Counted from the stretch's first letter, positions 18,946-28,345 are shown. The stretch is 36,318 bases of DNA from Bacteroidales bacterium (GCA_027018745.1 JALUYM010000370.1:1-36318), one strand, 5' to 3'. The notes: generated by a model not told the origin, from the letters alone. A program made the numbers and translations.

Positions 18946-21360
18946 ATGAAAGATATCTTAGCACTTCAGGATATTATGAATGGTGATACGGAATTTTTTC
19001 CCTTGTTGTCCCCTGAAGATGAAAAACTGATGAACGAAGAAGAAATCCCGGAGACGCTGCCTGTTTTGCCGGTGCGTAATACCGTCTTGTTTCCTGGAGT
19101 TGTTATTCCCATTACGGCCGGAAGGGATAAAAGTATCAAGCTGATCAGGGAAGCTTATCAGGGAAGTAAAATAATCGGGGTGGTAGCCCAGAAAGATGCT
19201 GAAACGGAAGATCCGAAAGAGAAAGACCTTCATACAATCGGAACGGTAGCAAGAATTATTAAAATCCTGCAGATGCCCGATGGGAATACAACAGCAATCA
19301 TTCAGGGGAAACGGCGTTTTGTTATAGAAGAGATGCTTCAGGAAGACCCCTATTTTGTGGCAAGGGTAAAAAGTTTTGGTCCTCATGTTCAACCACCGGA
19401 AAATGAGATGTTTAACGCATTGATTTCTTCTATCAGGGACCTGTCTGTTCAGATTATTGAAAAATCACCCGTTATCCCTTCTGAAGCAGCATTTGCCATT
19501 AATAATATTGAAAGTCCGGTCTTTTTGGTCAATTTCGTTTCTTCCAATCTGAATGTGGAAAACAACCAGAAACAGGAATTATTGGAGATGACCAACCTTG
19601 AAAAGCGGGCTAACAAGGTATTGGAGTTGTTGACCAAAGAATTGCAGGTACTGGAATTGAAAAACCAGATACAGACCAAGGTAAAAGTGGACCTGGACAA
19701 ACAGCAGCGCGATTACCTGTTGAACCAGCAACTCAAAACCATTCAGGAAGAGCTGGGTGGTGCGCCACATGAACAGGATGTAAAGCGGCTTCAGGAAAAA
19801 GCAGCTAAAAAACGTTGGCCTGAAGAGGTGGGGTCAGGTTTTAAAGAAGAATTATCGCGTTTGCAGCGCATGAATCCCAATGCTGCTGAATATTCTATCC
19901 AAATGAATTACCTGGAATTCCTTGTTAACCTTCCATGGAACGAATTTACTAAAGACAACCTGGATTTGAAACGGGCACAACGCATTCTCAACAAGGATCA
20001 TTATGGGCTGGAAAAAGTGAAAGAGCGTATCCTGGAGTATTTGGCCGTACTGAAGCTGAAGAATGATATGAAAGCGCCTATTTTGTGTTTCGTCGGTCCT
20101 CCCGGTGTGGGAAAAACTTCTTTAGGACGTTCTATTGCCCGTGCCCTTGGCAGAAAATATGCGCGCATGTCCCTGGGAGGTTTGCGCGACGAGTCGGAAT
20201 TGCGCGGGCACCGGAAAACCTATATCGGAGCAATGCCCGGACGGATACTCCAATACCTGAAAAAAGTGCAAAGCTCCAACCCCGTTTTTATGCTGGATGA
20301 AATAGATAAGGTAAGTGGCAATAATTTTAGTGGCGATCCGCAGGCTGCTTTGCTTGAAATCCTTGATCCTGAACAAAATAATACATTTTACGATAATTAT
20401 CTTGAAATGGATTATGATTTATCGAAAGTCATGTTTATTGCTACGGCTAATACATTGAACGGGGTTCATCCGGCTTTGATCGATCGTATGGAAGTGATAG
20501 AACTGAGCGGTTATCTTCTTGAAGAAAAGGTGGAAATTGCCCGCAGGCATCTTTTGCGAAAGCAATTTGAAGAAAACGGAATCAAAAATGGACAATTAAG
20601 TTTTCCGAAAAAAACACTGGAAACCATTATCGACAAATATACGCGGGAAGCCGGCGTCCGTTTGCTGGAAAAACAGATAGCCAAAGTCATTCGTAACCGT
20701 GCCAAATTTATTGCCATGGGGAGTGAATATGATTCGGTTATCAAACCTGCTGATTTAAATGAAATTCTGGGTAAGCCGCGTTTTACACGTGATAAACTGG
20801 TGTCGAACGAAGTAATCGGGGTGGTGACAGGCCTGGCATGGACCAGGGTCGGAGGAGAAATACTGTTTGTTGAAGTGAGCCTGAGTAAAGGCGACGGCCG
20901 TCATTTAAAATTAACCGGCAATTTGGGAGATGTTATGAAAGAATCGGCTGCACTGGCTTATGAGTATTTAAAATCACATGCTGATTATCTGGGGCTTGAT
21001 ACTGAAATTTTTGGAAAATGGAATGTGCATATCCATGTCCCTGAAGGGGCTACTCCCAAAGACGGACCTTCTGCCGGCGTTACCATGTTGACAGCACTTG
21101 CCTCTGCTTTTACACGCCGCAAGGTGAAGCCTTATCTTGCCATGACAGGCGAAATAACCCTTCGCGGAAAAGTATTGCCGGTGGGAGGTATCAAAGAAAA
21201 GATCCTTGCAGCCAAGCGGGCAAAAATCAAAACCATTTTACTTTCCCGTGAAAACGAAAAAGATATCGATGAAATTCCGGTTAAATATATTGAGGGCCTT
21301 CAGTTTGTTTACGTGGACAATATGTCGGAGGTTCTCGATTTTGCTTTGTTGAAAGCATAA
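18946..21360 (+). CDS. lon: ATP-dependent Lon protease
   Basis: [12 protein letters not shown]-domain, [35 protein letters not shown] (catalytic Ser), GGIKEK. Confidence 0.97.
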   Translation: MKDILALQDIMNGDTEFFPLLSPEDEKLMNEEEIPETLPVLPVRNTVLFPGVVIPITAGRDKSIKLIREAYQGSKIIGVVAQKDAETEDPKEKDLHTIGTVARIIKILQMPDGNTTAIIQGKRRFVIEEMLQEDPYFVARVKSFGPHVQPPENEMFNALISSIRDLSVQIIEKSPVIPSEAAFAINNIESPVFLVNFVSSNLNVENNQKQELLEMTNLEKRANKVLELLTKELQVLELKNQIQTKVKVDLDKQQRDYLLNQQLKTIQEELGGAPHEQDVKRLQEKAAKKRWPEEVGSGFKEELSRLQRMNPNAAEYSIQMNYLEFLVNLPWNEFTKDNLDLKRAQRILNKDHYGLEKVKERILEYLAVLKLKNDMKAPILCFVGPPGVGKTSLGRSIARALGRKYARMSLGGLRDESELRGHRKTYIGAMPGRILQYLKKVQSSNPVFMLDEIDKVSGNNFSGDPQAALLEILDPEQNNTFYDNYLEMDYDLSKVMFIATANTLNGVHPALIDRMEVIELSGYLLEEKVEIARRHLLRKQFEENGIKNGQLSFPKKTLETIIDKYTREAGVRLLEKQIAKVIRNRAKFIAMGSEYDSVIKPADLNEILGKPRFTRDKLVSNEVIGVVTGLAWTRVGGEILFVEVSLSKGDGRHLKLTGNLGDVMKESAALAYEYLKSHADYLGLDTEIFGKWNVHIHVPEGATPKDGPSAGVTMLTALASAFTRRKVKPYLAMTGEITLRGKVLPVGGIKEKILAAKRAKIKTILLSRENEKDIDEIPVKYIEGLQFVYVDNMSEVLDFALLKA

Positions 21361-21462
21361 TTCCAGGGTTTTTTTTATTGAATATTTCTGATTAAGAAAC
21401 AATATTCTGTCACGGTTCCTTTTTCATTTTGTACTTTTGCACAACGGAAAAAGAAATTGACC

Positions 21463-21837
21463 ATGGAATATGCACAATGGCTGGATAGGTTGATCGTAGT
21501 GGGTGACAGGGTACTCATTCAGCCTAAATCGGAAAATGCCAAAACCACAAGCGGGCTTTTTTTACCCCCCGGATACAAAGAAAAAGAGGAAGTACAAAGT
21601 GGTTACGTGGTAAAAACAGGTCCCGGATATCCTATTCCTTTGCCTTCGGATGGTGCGGATGAACCCTGGAAACACAAAGAAGAACAAATCAATTATATCC
21701 CGTTGCAGGCCCGGCCGGGTGATCTCGCTATTTTCCTGAAGAAAGGTGCCGTTGAAATCCATTATCACGAACAAAAATACTATATCGTTCCCCAGCATTC
21801 CATCCTGCTGCTCGAACGCGACGAGCTGGAACCGTGA
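21463..21837 (+). CDS. GroES/Cpn10-family protein (stand-alone)
   Basis: VVGDRVLI.P, KT.SGLFLPP, G.VVKTGPG, PLQA..GD. Promoter element TACTTTTG at 21432-21439. TTG 21457 is an alternative start. Confidence 0.82.
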   Translation: MEYAQWLDRLIVVGDRVLIQPKSENAKTTSGLFLPPGYKEKEEVQSGYVVKTGPGYPIPLPSDGADEPWKHKEEQINYIPLQARPGDLAIFLKKGAVEIHYHEQKYYIVPQHSILLLERDELEP

Positions 21838-21845
21838 ACTCAGGT

Positions 21846-21878
21846 AACCTTTCAGGTCGAATCCTGACCTGAAAGGTT
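21846..21878. repeat. Perfect 13-bp palindrome (REP-like or terminator)
   Basis: AACCTTTCAGGTC-N7-GACCTGAAAGGTT. Confidence 0.7.
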
Positions 21879-21992
21879 GGTATCAGGAAAGAAAAAAGAT
21901 TCGGAGATTGTTTCGCCAGATACCGCATATTACCCCTTTTTTTCGTTGTAATGATGTTCTTATGGGGACTTTTTAGACAGTCCCGACCCGGA

Positions 21993-22044
21993 GCTGGTCG
22001 TGATTTGCAATCGTGACCAAAAAGAGCACAAGGATTTAAAATCC
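21993..22044 (+). repeat. REP-like GATTTGCAATC double-hairpin unit, copy 1
   Basis: 52 bp, 44/52 identical to 25158-25209. Confidence 0.75.
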
Positions 22045-22310
22045 ATTCACGGCATAGTACAGAAAACCCAGACTGCAAATATTAAATAGCATTTACCCGT
22101 ACAGCAGAAAGAAGTTGCTTTCAGACTGGTGCGTCATTTGTTGACAAAACCCAATGCCCGCTATCGCCGGCAGGCAAGTATGTATACAATTTATTTACAA
22201 CTGGTAACAGTGAAATACGAACGCGTTGAGAACGCGTCCGGGAAGGTCTTTTAAACCTTTGTGTCCCTTTGTGAAACCCTTCGTTTTCTTTGTGGTTAAA
22301 TTTTATGTCC

Positions 22311-24098
22311 TTACATCCTTTCGGGCAACCGGATACCCAGCAACCCCATGGCTGACTGCAATACCTGCGAGGTAAAACGGGAGAGCAACAGACGGAAATT
22401 GCGTTTGGCTCTGTTTTCTTCTTTCAAAATGGAATGGTCGTGATAAAACTGGTTATATTCTTTGGCCAGTTCATAACTGTAATTGGCTATTTGTGCCGGA
22501 CTGTATGTCTCCGCGGCAACAATGATAGTCTGCGGGAAATCGTACAGGACTTTTAACAGCGTTTTTTCTTTTTTTTCAAGAGTGAGTTCTGTCGCTGGTC
22601 TTTCGTTCAAATCAATGCCGGAAGCAGCAGCTTTGCGCAGCACCGACCGGATACGTGCATGCGTGTATTGTATGAACGAACCTGTATTGCCATTGAAATC
22701 TATGGACTCTTCGGGGTTAAAAAGCATGGTTTTTTTCGGGTCAACCTTCAAAATAAAATATTTCAGTGCGCCTAAACCGATCATTTCATACAACTGTTTC
22801 GATTCGTCAGGGGTAAAGTCATCAAATTTACCAAGCTCTTCAGAAATACGACGGGCCGTAATGGTCATTTCTTCCATCAAATCATCGGCATCTACTACTG
22901 TGCCTTCACGCGATTTCATTTTTCCGTGGGGCAGTTCCACCATGCCGTACGACAAATGGTAAATACCATCGGCCCAGCTTTTTCCCAGTTTTTTCAATAT
23001 CTTCTGCAGCACTTCAAAATGGTAATTCTGTTCGTTGCCCACCACGTACATTAGTTTCTGCGGGTGGTAGTCATCATAACGCAACTGTGCTGTGCCGAGG
23101 TCCTGGGTCATGTACACGGAGGTGCCATCGGCGCGCAGCAGCAGTTTCTCGTCCAACCCGTCATCGGTCAGGTCGCACCATACCGAACCATCCTCTTTTT
23201 TGTAAAAAACACCCTTTTCCAGTCCTTCCTGTACCAGGGCTTTCCCCAGCAGGTAGGTGTCCGACTCGTAATAGATTTTATCAAAATCGACCCCCATGCG
23301 TTTGTAAGTCACGTCAAAACCGGTATACACCCAGCTGTTCATCTTTTTCCAAAGGGCACGGATTTCTTTATCGCCGGCTTCCCATTTTACCAGCATGGCC
23401 TTGGCTTCTTGTATGAGCGGCGCTTTCTGGGCTGCTTCTTTTTCATCCATGCCGTTGGCTACCAGTTCGGCTATCTGTTCTTTGTATTTTTTATCGAAAA
23501 GGACGTAAAAGTCGCCCACCAGCTTGTCGCCTTTCTCCCCTGAATTTTCCGGTGTTTTGCCGTTGCCCCATTTTTGCCATGCCAGCATCGATTTGCAAAT
23601 GTGAATGCCGCGGTCATTCACCAGGTTGACCTTAAAAACTTTTTTCCCGCTGGCTTTCAGTATTTCGGCTACCGACCAGCCCAGCAGATTATTGCGCACG
23701 TGACCCAGGTGCAACGGCTTGTTGGTGTTGGGAGAGGAGTACTCGATGACCACCGGCGGTTCATTCTTTTCCGGTGCAAAGCCGAATTCTTCGTCAGAGG
23801 CCGCCCGGCGGAAAAACGACATCCAGTAACCATCCGAAATTTCCAGGTTCAGAAAACCTTTGATAACATTGAAAGCAATTATTTCATTCAAATGTCCGGT
23901 TAGCCATTGACCTAATTCTTTGGCTGTAGCCTCGGGAGCTTTGTGCGATATTCGCAGCAGAGGGAAAACAACCACAGTCAGGTCACCATCAAATTCCGGG
24001 CGGGTTTTTTGTATTTGAAAAATCTCTGGTTGTACTTCTTGGTTATAAAGCGTTTTTACTGCATCTGTCAGTGATTTGGCCAATCTGGATTCTATCAT
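22311..24098 (-). CDS. argS: Arginine--tRNA ligase
   Basis: EYSSPNTNKPLHLGH (HIGH motif), NDRGIHICKSM, GKMKSREG, QYTHARI, GI.LPERM. Promoter element TAATTTTG at 24121-24128. Confidence 0.97.
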   Translation of the reverse strand: MIESRLAKSLTDAVKTLYNQEVQPEIFQIQKTRPEFDGDLTVVVFPLLRISHKAPEATAKELGQWLTGHLNEIIAFNVIKGFLNLEISDGYWMSFFRRAASDEEFGFAPEKNEPPVVIEYSSPNTNKPLHLGHVRNNLLGWSVAEILKASGKKVFKVNLVNDRGIHICKSMLAWQKWGNGKTPENSGEKGDKLVGDFYVLFDKKYKEQIAELVANGMDEKEAAQKAPLIQEAKAMLVKWEAGDKEIRALWKKMNSWVYTGFDVTYKRMGVDFDKIYYESDTYLLGKALVQEGLEKGVFYKKEDGSVWCDLTDDGLDEKLLLRADGTSVYMTQDLGTAQLRYDDYHPQKLMYVVGNEQNYHFEVLQKILKKLGKSWADGIYHLSYGMVELPHGKMKSREGTVVDADDLMEEMTITARRISEELGKFDDFTPDESKQLYEMIGLGALKYFILKVDPKKTMLFNPEESIDFNGNTGSFIQYTHARIRSVLRKAAASGIDLNERPATELTLEKKEKTLLKVLYDFPQTIIVAAETYSPAQIANYSYELAKEYNQFYHDHSILKEENRAKRNFRLLLSRFTSQVLQSAMGLLGIRLPERM

Positions 24099-24240
24099 GT
24101 TCGGAGCTGTTTTGAAGTGGCAAAATTAGGAAAATTTGTGTACCTTTCCGTTTCCCGGAAATAGAACTTTTGAGCTATGATTCCACTTAAATGGTTTATA
24201 AATTCCCTATTTTTGCCCTGATCTTTGAAAAAAACATTCT

Positions 24241-25113
24241 ATGGAAAATACGGTTGACCCTATTTTTTTATCCCAGCAAAAGGCTGAAATTACCGAACAT
24301 CACGTCTATGCGAAACTTGCAGTAATGTCAAACGACGCTAAAAACAAAACGCTGTTGCAAGACATTGCCGAGGACGAATTGAGGCATTATCATATCTGGA
24401 AAAGCATTACCGGCACCGAGCTGAAACCGGCAAAAAGGAAGATATTCTGGTATGTTTTACTGGCCCGTCTTTTCGGGTTGAGTTTTGCACTGAAGTTAAT
24501 GGAAAGCGGGGAAGTACATGCCCAGGTATTTTATGAAAAAGCTTCAAAGTATCATCCCGAAGTGAGTAAAATTGCCCGCGATGAAGAAATACATGAGAAA
24601 GAACTCATTGGTATTCTGAATGATAAGCGTCTTTCATATGTAGGGGCCATTGTGCTGGGCCTTAACGATGCCCTGGTGGAACTGACCGGTACGCTGGTGG
24701 GGTTGAGTTTTGCTTTCAGCGACAACCTTGTCATTGGCGTTACAGGTTTCATTATGGGGATTGCTGCTGCACTGTCCATGGCCTCATCGGGCTATCTTGC
24801 CTCGCAGGAAGAAGATGAGAAAGAGGACATTCATCCGGTAACGGCGGCCATTTACACGGGGGTGGCCTATCTTGTTACGGTATTACTGTTGATTTTCCCT
24901 TATTTTGTTTTTTCCCGTACGAAGATTGCTATGGCCGTCATGCTTTTTATGACGTTGCTTATCATAGCCACTTACAACTACTATATTTCTGTTGCCAAGG
25001 AAGTTAATTTCAAAAAGCGTTTCATGACCATGGCACTTATCTCAATCGGTGTGGCCGCTATTTCGTTCGGCATTGGCTATCTCGCCAAAACCTGGCTGGG
25101 CGTGTCCATTTAG
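24241..25113 (+). CDS. VIT1/CCC1-family transporter with an N-terminal ferritin/rubrerythrin-like domain (iron export/detoxification)
   Basis: EDELRH and DEEIHE di-iron motifs; VLGLNDALVELTG.L.G and G.AAALSMASS.YL. Confidence 0.88.
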   Translation: MENTVDPIFLSQQKAEITEHHVYAKLAVMSNDAKNKTLLQDIAEDELRHYHIWKSITGTELKPAKRKIFWYVLLARLFGLSFALKLMESGEVHAQVFYEKASKYHPEVSKIARDEEIHEKELIGILNDKRLSYVGAIVLGLNDALVELTGTLVGLSFAFSDNLVIGVTGFIMGIAAALSMASSGYLASQEEDEKEDIHPVTAAIYTGVAYLVTVLLLIFPYFVFSRTKIAMAVMLFMTLLIIATYNYYISVAKEVNFKKRFMTMALISIGVAAISFGIGYLAKTWLGVSI

Positions 25114-25157
25114 TGAGGTGCCGGATGAAAAATCGTTTGCTACTTCTGCCCACCTTC

Positions 25158-25209
25158 GCTGGGCGGGATTTGCAATCCCGCCCCAAAAGAGATCAAGGAT
25201 TTAAAATCC
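25158..25209 (+). repeat. REP-like GATTTGCAATC double-hairpin unit, copy 2
   Basis: GCT-GGGCGGGATT-TGC-AATCCCGCCC...GGATTTAAAATCC. Confidence 0.75.
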
Positions 25210-25226
25210 TGCCCGGTTCATCACCT

Positions 25227-25356
25227 TTGCCCATGAATAAATTCATTGACAATTTGGGAGAGTCGTCCTGACTGAAGCGTCAGGACTGTGGGAATTGTAG
25301 TCCCGACCGCAGCGTCGGGACGGCTCAACTTGTTGCTGGGAATTTATTCCCCGGTT
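25227..25356. repeat. Composite REP-doublet-like element with four hairpins
   Basis: ATGAATAAATTCAT; GTCCTGAC-N6-GTCAGGAC (25265-25286); GTCCCGAC-N6-GTCGGGAC (25300-25321); GGGAATTTATTCCC. Confidence 0.65.
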
Positions 25357-25585
25357 TACTGGGCATTGAACCCTGATTTCCCTTCCGAAAATAGCAGTGG
25401 AACCGGGTGAAAAATGTTTCATTTGCTATTTTTTCTTTTGGGCAGCGGCCGCGCTATCCACTTTAGTCCCGGTCACCGGGGCGTTGTTCCGCTACGGCAG
25501 GCCGGGCGCTTCCGCCGGTCGCACCGTCCTGCCTGCTCCACATACGCCCCGGCGGCCGGGCGCTGCCGTTCCTATCGCTGCTGCA

Positions 25586-26746
25586 TTATACTGTTTTCAA
25601 AGCATTTTCGATATCGCCGATCAGGTCATCGGCATTTTCCACCCCCACCGAAATACGGATCAGCGTGTCGGAAATCCCCAGTTTGTTCCGGTCTTCTGCA
25701 GGGACCGAAGCATGGGTCATCAGGGCGGGGAGCTCTATGAGCGATTCCACACCTCCCAGGCTTTCGGCCAAAGCAAAAAGTTGCAGGTTTTGCACAAAAC
25801 CTTCTGCCCCGGTCAGGTTGCCGTGCAGTTCCACAGCCATCATACCGCCGAAACCGTTCATCTGTTTTTGGGCCAGTGCGTACTGCGGATGCGAGGTGAG
25901 CCCGGGATAGATCACCTTTTTTACTTTGGGATGTTTTTCCAGAAATTCTGCAATTTTTCCGGCGTTTCCGGCATGTTTTTCCATGCGCATGCCCAATGTT
26001 TTGATGCCACGCAAAACAAGGTAGCTGTCGAAAGGGGAGAGGATGCCGCCTGCCGCATTTTGCATAAACTGCACCTGTTCAAAGAGGGCGTCATCGTTCA
26101 GCATAACGGCTCCTCCAATGGAATCGCTGTGGCCGTTTATGTATTTTGATGTGCTGTGCAGTACCATGTCGGCACCCAATGTCAGCGGGTTTTGAAAATA
26201 CGGACTCATAAAGGTGTTGTCCACCAACAGGATAATGCCCTTTGGCCGGGCTATGGCCGACATTTCGGCTATGTCAGTCAGTTTGAGCAGCGGGTTGGTG
26301 GGGCTCTCTACCCACATCAGTCTTGTTTTATCGGTGATGGCCGCTTTTACCTTTTCCGGTTGTGAGGTGTCCACAAAGCTGAACCGAATACCGTAACGGG
26401 ACTCAAACACCTTTCGGAAAAGGCGCTGGGTGCCGCCGTACAGGTCATCGGTAACGATCACATGGTCGCCTGTTTTCAACAGGGCCAGCAAAACGGCTGT
26501 TTCGGCAGCCAGTCCCGAAGCAAAAGCCAGGCCGTAGCAGGCTTTTTCCAAAGCGGCCAGTTTCTGTTCCAGCGCTTTCCTGGTGGGGTTCAGCGAACGG
26601 GAATATTCATATCCGCCGGTGGGCCTGTCCACGGCGCTGCGCGCAAAGGTGGTGGACAAATGCAGGGCAGCCACCACATCGCCGCTGGCACCTTCCCTAA
26701 AATCGGGCTCTTCGCCCGTATGGATACTTTTTGTTGAAAATTTCAT
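25586..26746 (-). CDS. Cystathionine gamma-lyase (MccB/MetB family)
   Basis: YEYSRSLNPTR, DLYGGT, ESPTNP, HSTSKYINGHSD, LAESLGGVESL. Lies directly downstream of the CBS-like gene. Confidence 0.88.
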   Translation of the reverse strand: MKFSTKSIHTGEEPDFREGASGDVVAALHLSTTFARSAVDRPTGGYEYSRSLNPTRKALEQKLAALEKACYGLAFASGLAAETAVLLALLKTGDHVIVTDDLYGGTQRLFRKVFESRYGIRFSFVDTSQPEKVKAAITDKTRLMWVESPTNPLLKLTDIAEMSAIARPKGIILLVDNTFMSPYFQNPLTLGADMVLHSTSKYINGHSDSIGGAVMLNDDALFEQVQFMQNAAGGILSPFDSYLVLRGIKTLGMRMEKHAGNAGKIAEFLEKHPKVKKVIYPGLTSHPQYALAQKQMNGFGGMMAVELHGNLTGAEGFVQNLQLFALAESLGGVESLIELPALMTHASVPAEDRNKLGISDTLIRISVGVENADDLIGDIENALKTV

Positions 26747-26795
26747 GTTTTGATTTTTATAGGTCTGTTTACGAAAATACTAAAATTTTAATTTG

Positions 26796-27797
26796 TCAGG
26801 CAATCACGGGTTGCCGTTCCGGTTCTTTCTCCAGAAGGCCTTTTTCCGTCATCCAGGCATCGTTGTACAACGTGCTCAGGTAGTTCTTGCCGCTGTCGGG
26901 CAGCAAAATCACCACGATGTCGTTTTCCGAAAGGTTCCGGGCCAACTGCAATCCGGCATAAACTGCGGCACCGGCTGAAGAACCCGAGAAAATACCTTCT
27001 TTCTTTACAAGTTCCCTGGCTGTGGCGTAAGCATCCCTGTCGGATACAGTTATAATATCATCGATATCTGCAAAGTTGACAATGGGCGGAATAAAGTCCT
27101 CGCCTATGCCTTCGATCAGGTAGGAATGGACCGAAGTTTCCCTTTTTTTAAAATAATCTTCATACAGCGACCCTTCGGTGTCCACACCGATCACCCGGAT
27201 ACCGGGATTTTTCTCCTTCAGGTATTTTCCCACACCGGAAATGGTTCCCCCCGTACCGATACCGGCAATGAAGTGGGTGATTTTTCCATCGGTGTCCTCC
27301 CATATTTCCGGACCGGTGGAAAGGTAATGGGCTGCCGGGTTGTTTTCGTTGAAATACTGGTTGGGGGAAAACGAATTGGGAATTTCTTGCAGCAGCCGTT
27401 CGGCCACTTTGTAATAACTTCGCGGGTCATCGGCATCCACTTCGGTGGGGGTGCGTATCACCGTGGCGCCGTGGGCCGTAAGGACATCCTCTTTTTCCCT
27501 GCTCATTTTGTCGGGCATGGTGAAGATTAATTTATAACCTCGCATAATCCCCACCAAAGCCAGTCCCAACCCGGTATTTCCCGATGTTGGTTCGATAATG
27601 GTGCCTCCCGGCCTTAATAAACCTTTCCGCTCGGCTTCATCAATCATTGAAACAGCGATCCGGTCTTTGCTGCTTCCTCCCGGGTTAAATAATTCTAATT
27701 TTGTTAATAATAAGGGAGATAAGTCCTTGTTAATACGATTTAATTTTACCAGAGGTGTTTTTCCAATGGTTTCCAAAATATTATTTTTGTAATTCAT
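26796..27797 (-). CDS. Cystathionine beta-synthase/cysteine synthase family (MccA-like, no CBS regulatory domains)
   Basis: IGKTPLVKL, NPGGSSKDR (PLP Lys), EPTSGNTG, MPDKMSREK, NQYFN, GIGTGGT, EGIGEDF, LPDSG..YLS. Confidence 0.9.
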   Translation of the reverse strand: MNYKNNILETIGKTPLVKLNRINKDLSPLLLTKLELFNPGGSSKDRIAVSMIDEAERKGLLRPGGTIIEPTSGNTGLGLALVGIMRGYKLIFTMPDKMSREKEDVLTAHGATVIRTPTEVDADDPRSYYKVAERLLQEIPNSFSPNQYFNENNPAAHYLSTGPEIWEDTDGKITHFIAGIGTGGTISGVGKYLKEKNPGIRVIGVDTEGSLYEDYFKKRETSVHSYLIEGIGEDFIPPIVNFADIDDIITVSDRDAYATARELVKKEGIFSGSSAGAAVYAGLQLARNLSENDIVVILLPDSGKNYLSTLYNDAWMTEKGLLEKEPERQPVIA

Positions 27798-28036
27798 GTT
27801 GATGCTTTTTTGTGGCCTGATGGCCGGTTGTAAAAAATTTTGTTATACTAATTGTAATTCCAAATTCCCGGTAAAGAATTTGGCAAAGTCTTCAAACCGG
27901 CAACAGCGGGTGCTGGATATGTGATAGAGATATACTTTAAACGGTAATTGTTTCATTTTGTATGCTTTTTGCCGGTATATCCCGGCAGTGAAATAGGAAA
28001 TGGGAAAAATGTGGAAAAAGAAATGAATGCTGATAT

Positions 28037-28108
28037 TTAGCAACAACAGCAACAACAACAGGATGTCGTTGTTATAAAAATCAAAGGATATGTGGTTGTC
28101 TTTTTCAT
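28037..28108 (-). CDS. Putative poly-cysteine leader peptide MKKTTTYPLIFITTTSCCCCCCC (23 aa)
   Basis: ATG at 28108, seven consecutive TGT/TGC codons, TAA at 28039-28037. Lies between the promoter and the CBS-CGL operon. Confidence 0.8.
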   Translation of the reverse strand: MKKTTTYPLIFITTTSCCCCCCC

Positions 28109-28115
28109 TTCGCTG

Positions 28116-28123
28116 CAAAAATA
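28116..28123 (-). promoter_or_regulatory. -7 element TATTTTTG driving the leader-CBS-CGL transcript
   Basis: TAnnTTTG match, 7 nt before the leader ATG. Confidence 0.7.
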
Positions 28124-28235
28124 AACATTATTGTTTAATAGTTAACAATATTTTGGTAAAAATTTTTGATAAGGCATTCCCGGTCGTGGTTTCCATGGTA
28201 ATCCCGTTGAACCGGTACTTTTTCCGTGCCCCTCT

Positions 28236-28345
28236 GCTTATTCGGATTTGTCTGTCCGATCCAGGCGGGCAATCCGAATATTACCGGACAGGGGGATTTC
28301 AAATCCCCCGGCTTAAAAACCTCCGGATTGCAAATCCGGAGGAGC
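28236..28345. repeat. Three-hairpin REPIN-like element of the GATTTGCAATC family, with a nested insert
   Basis: TATTCGGATTTG[19 nt]CAATCCGAATA; GGGGGATTTCAAATCCCCC; CCTCCGGATTGCAAATCCGGAGG; GCT/AGC ends. Confidence 0.75.

Noticed and set aside
25397-26149. 250-aa plus-strand ORF and other long antisense ORFs (e.g. 4624-5253)
   Set aside because: Shadow frames of well-supported genes with no recognisable motifs.
27798-28036. SAM riboswitch or T-box upstream of CBS-CGL
   Set aside because: I could not recognise SAM-I/SAM-II core motifs or a T-box consensus by eye. A covariance-model search was not run.
28040-28060. (CAA)n microsatellite as a phase-variation tract
   Set aside because: The interruptions fall at third positions of Cys codons (TGT/TGC), and the run is framed by ATG and TAA, so coding explains it better.
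27843-28118. 91-aa ORF with a poly-Leu run in the ORF track
   Set aside because: Its TTG start lies inside the promoter element, and the Leu run is the out-of-frame reading of the poly-Cys leader.
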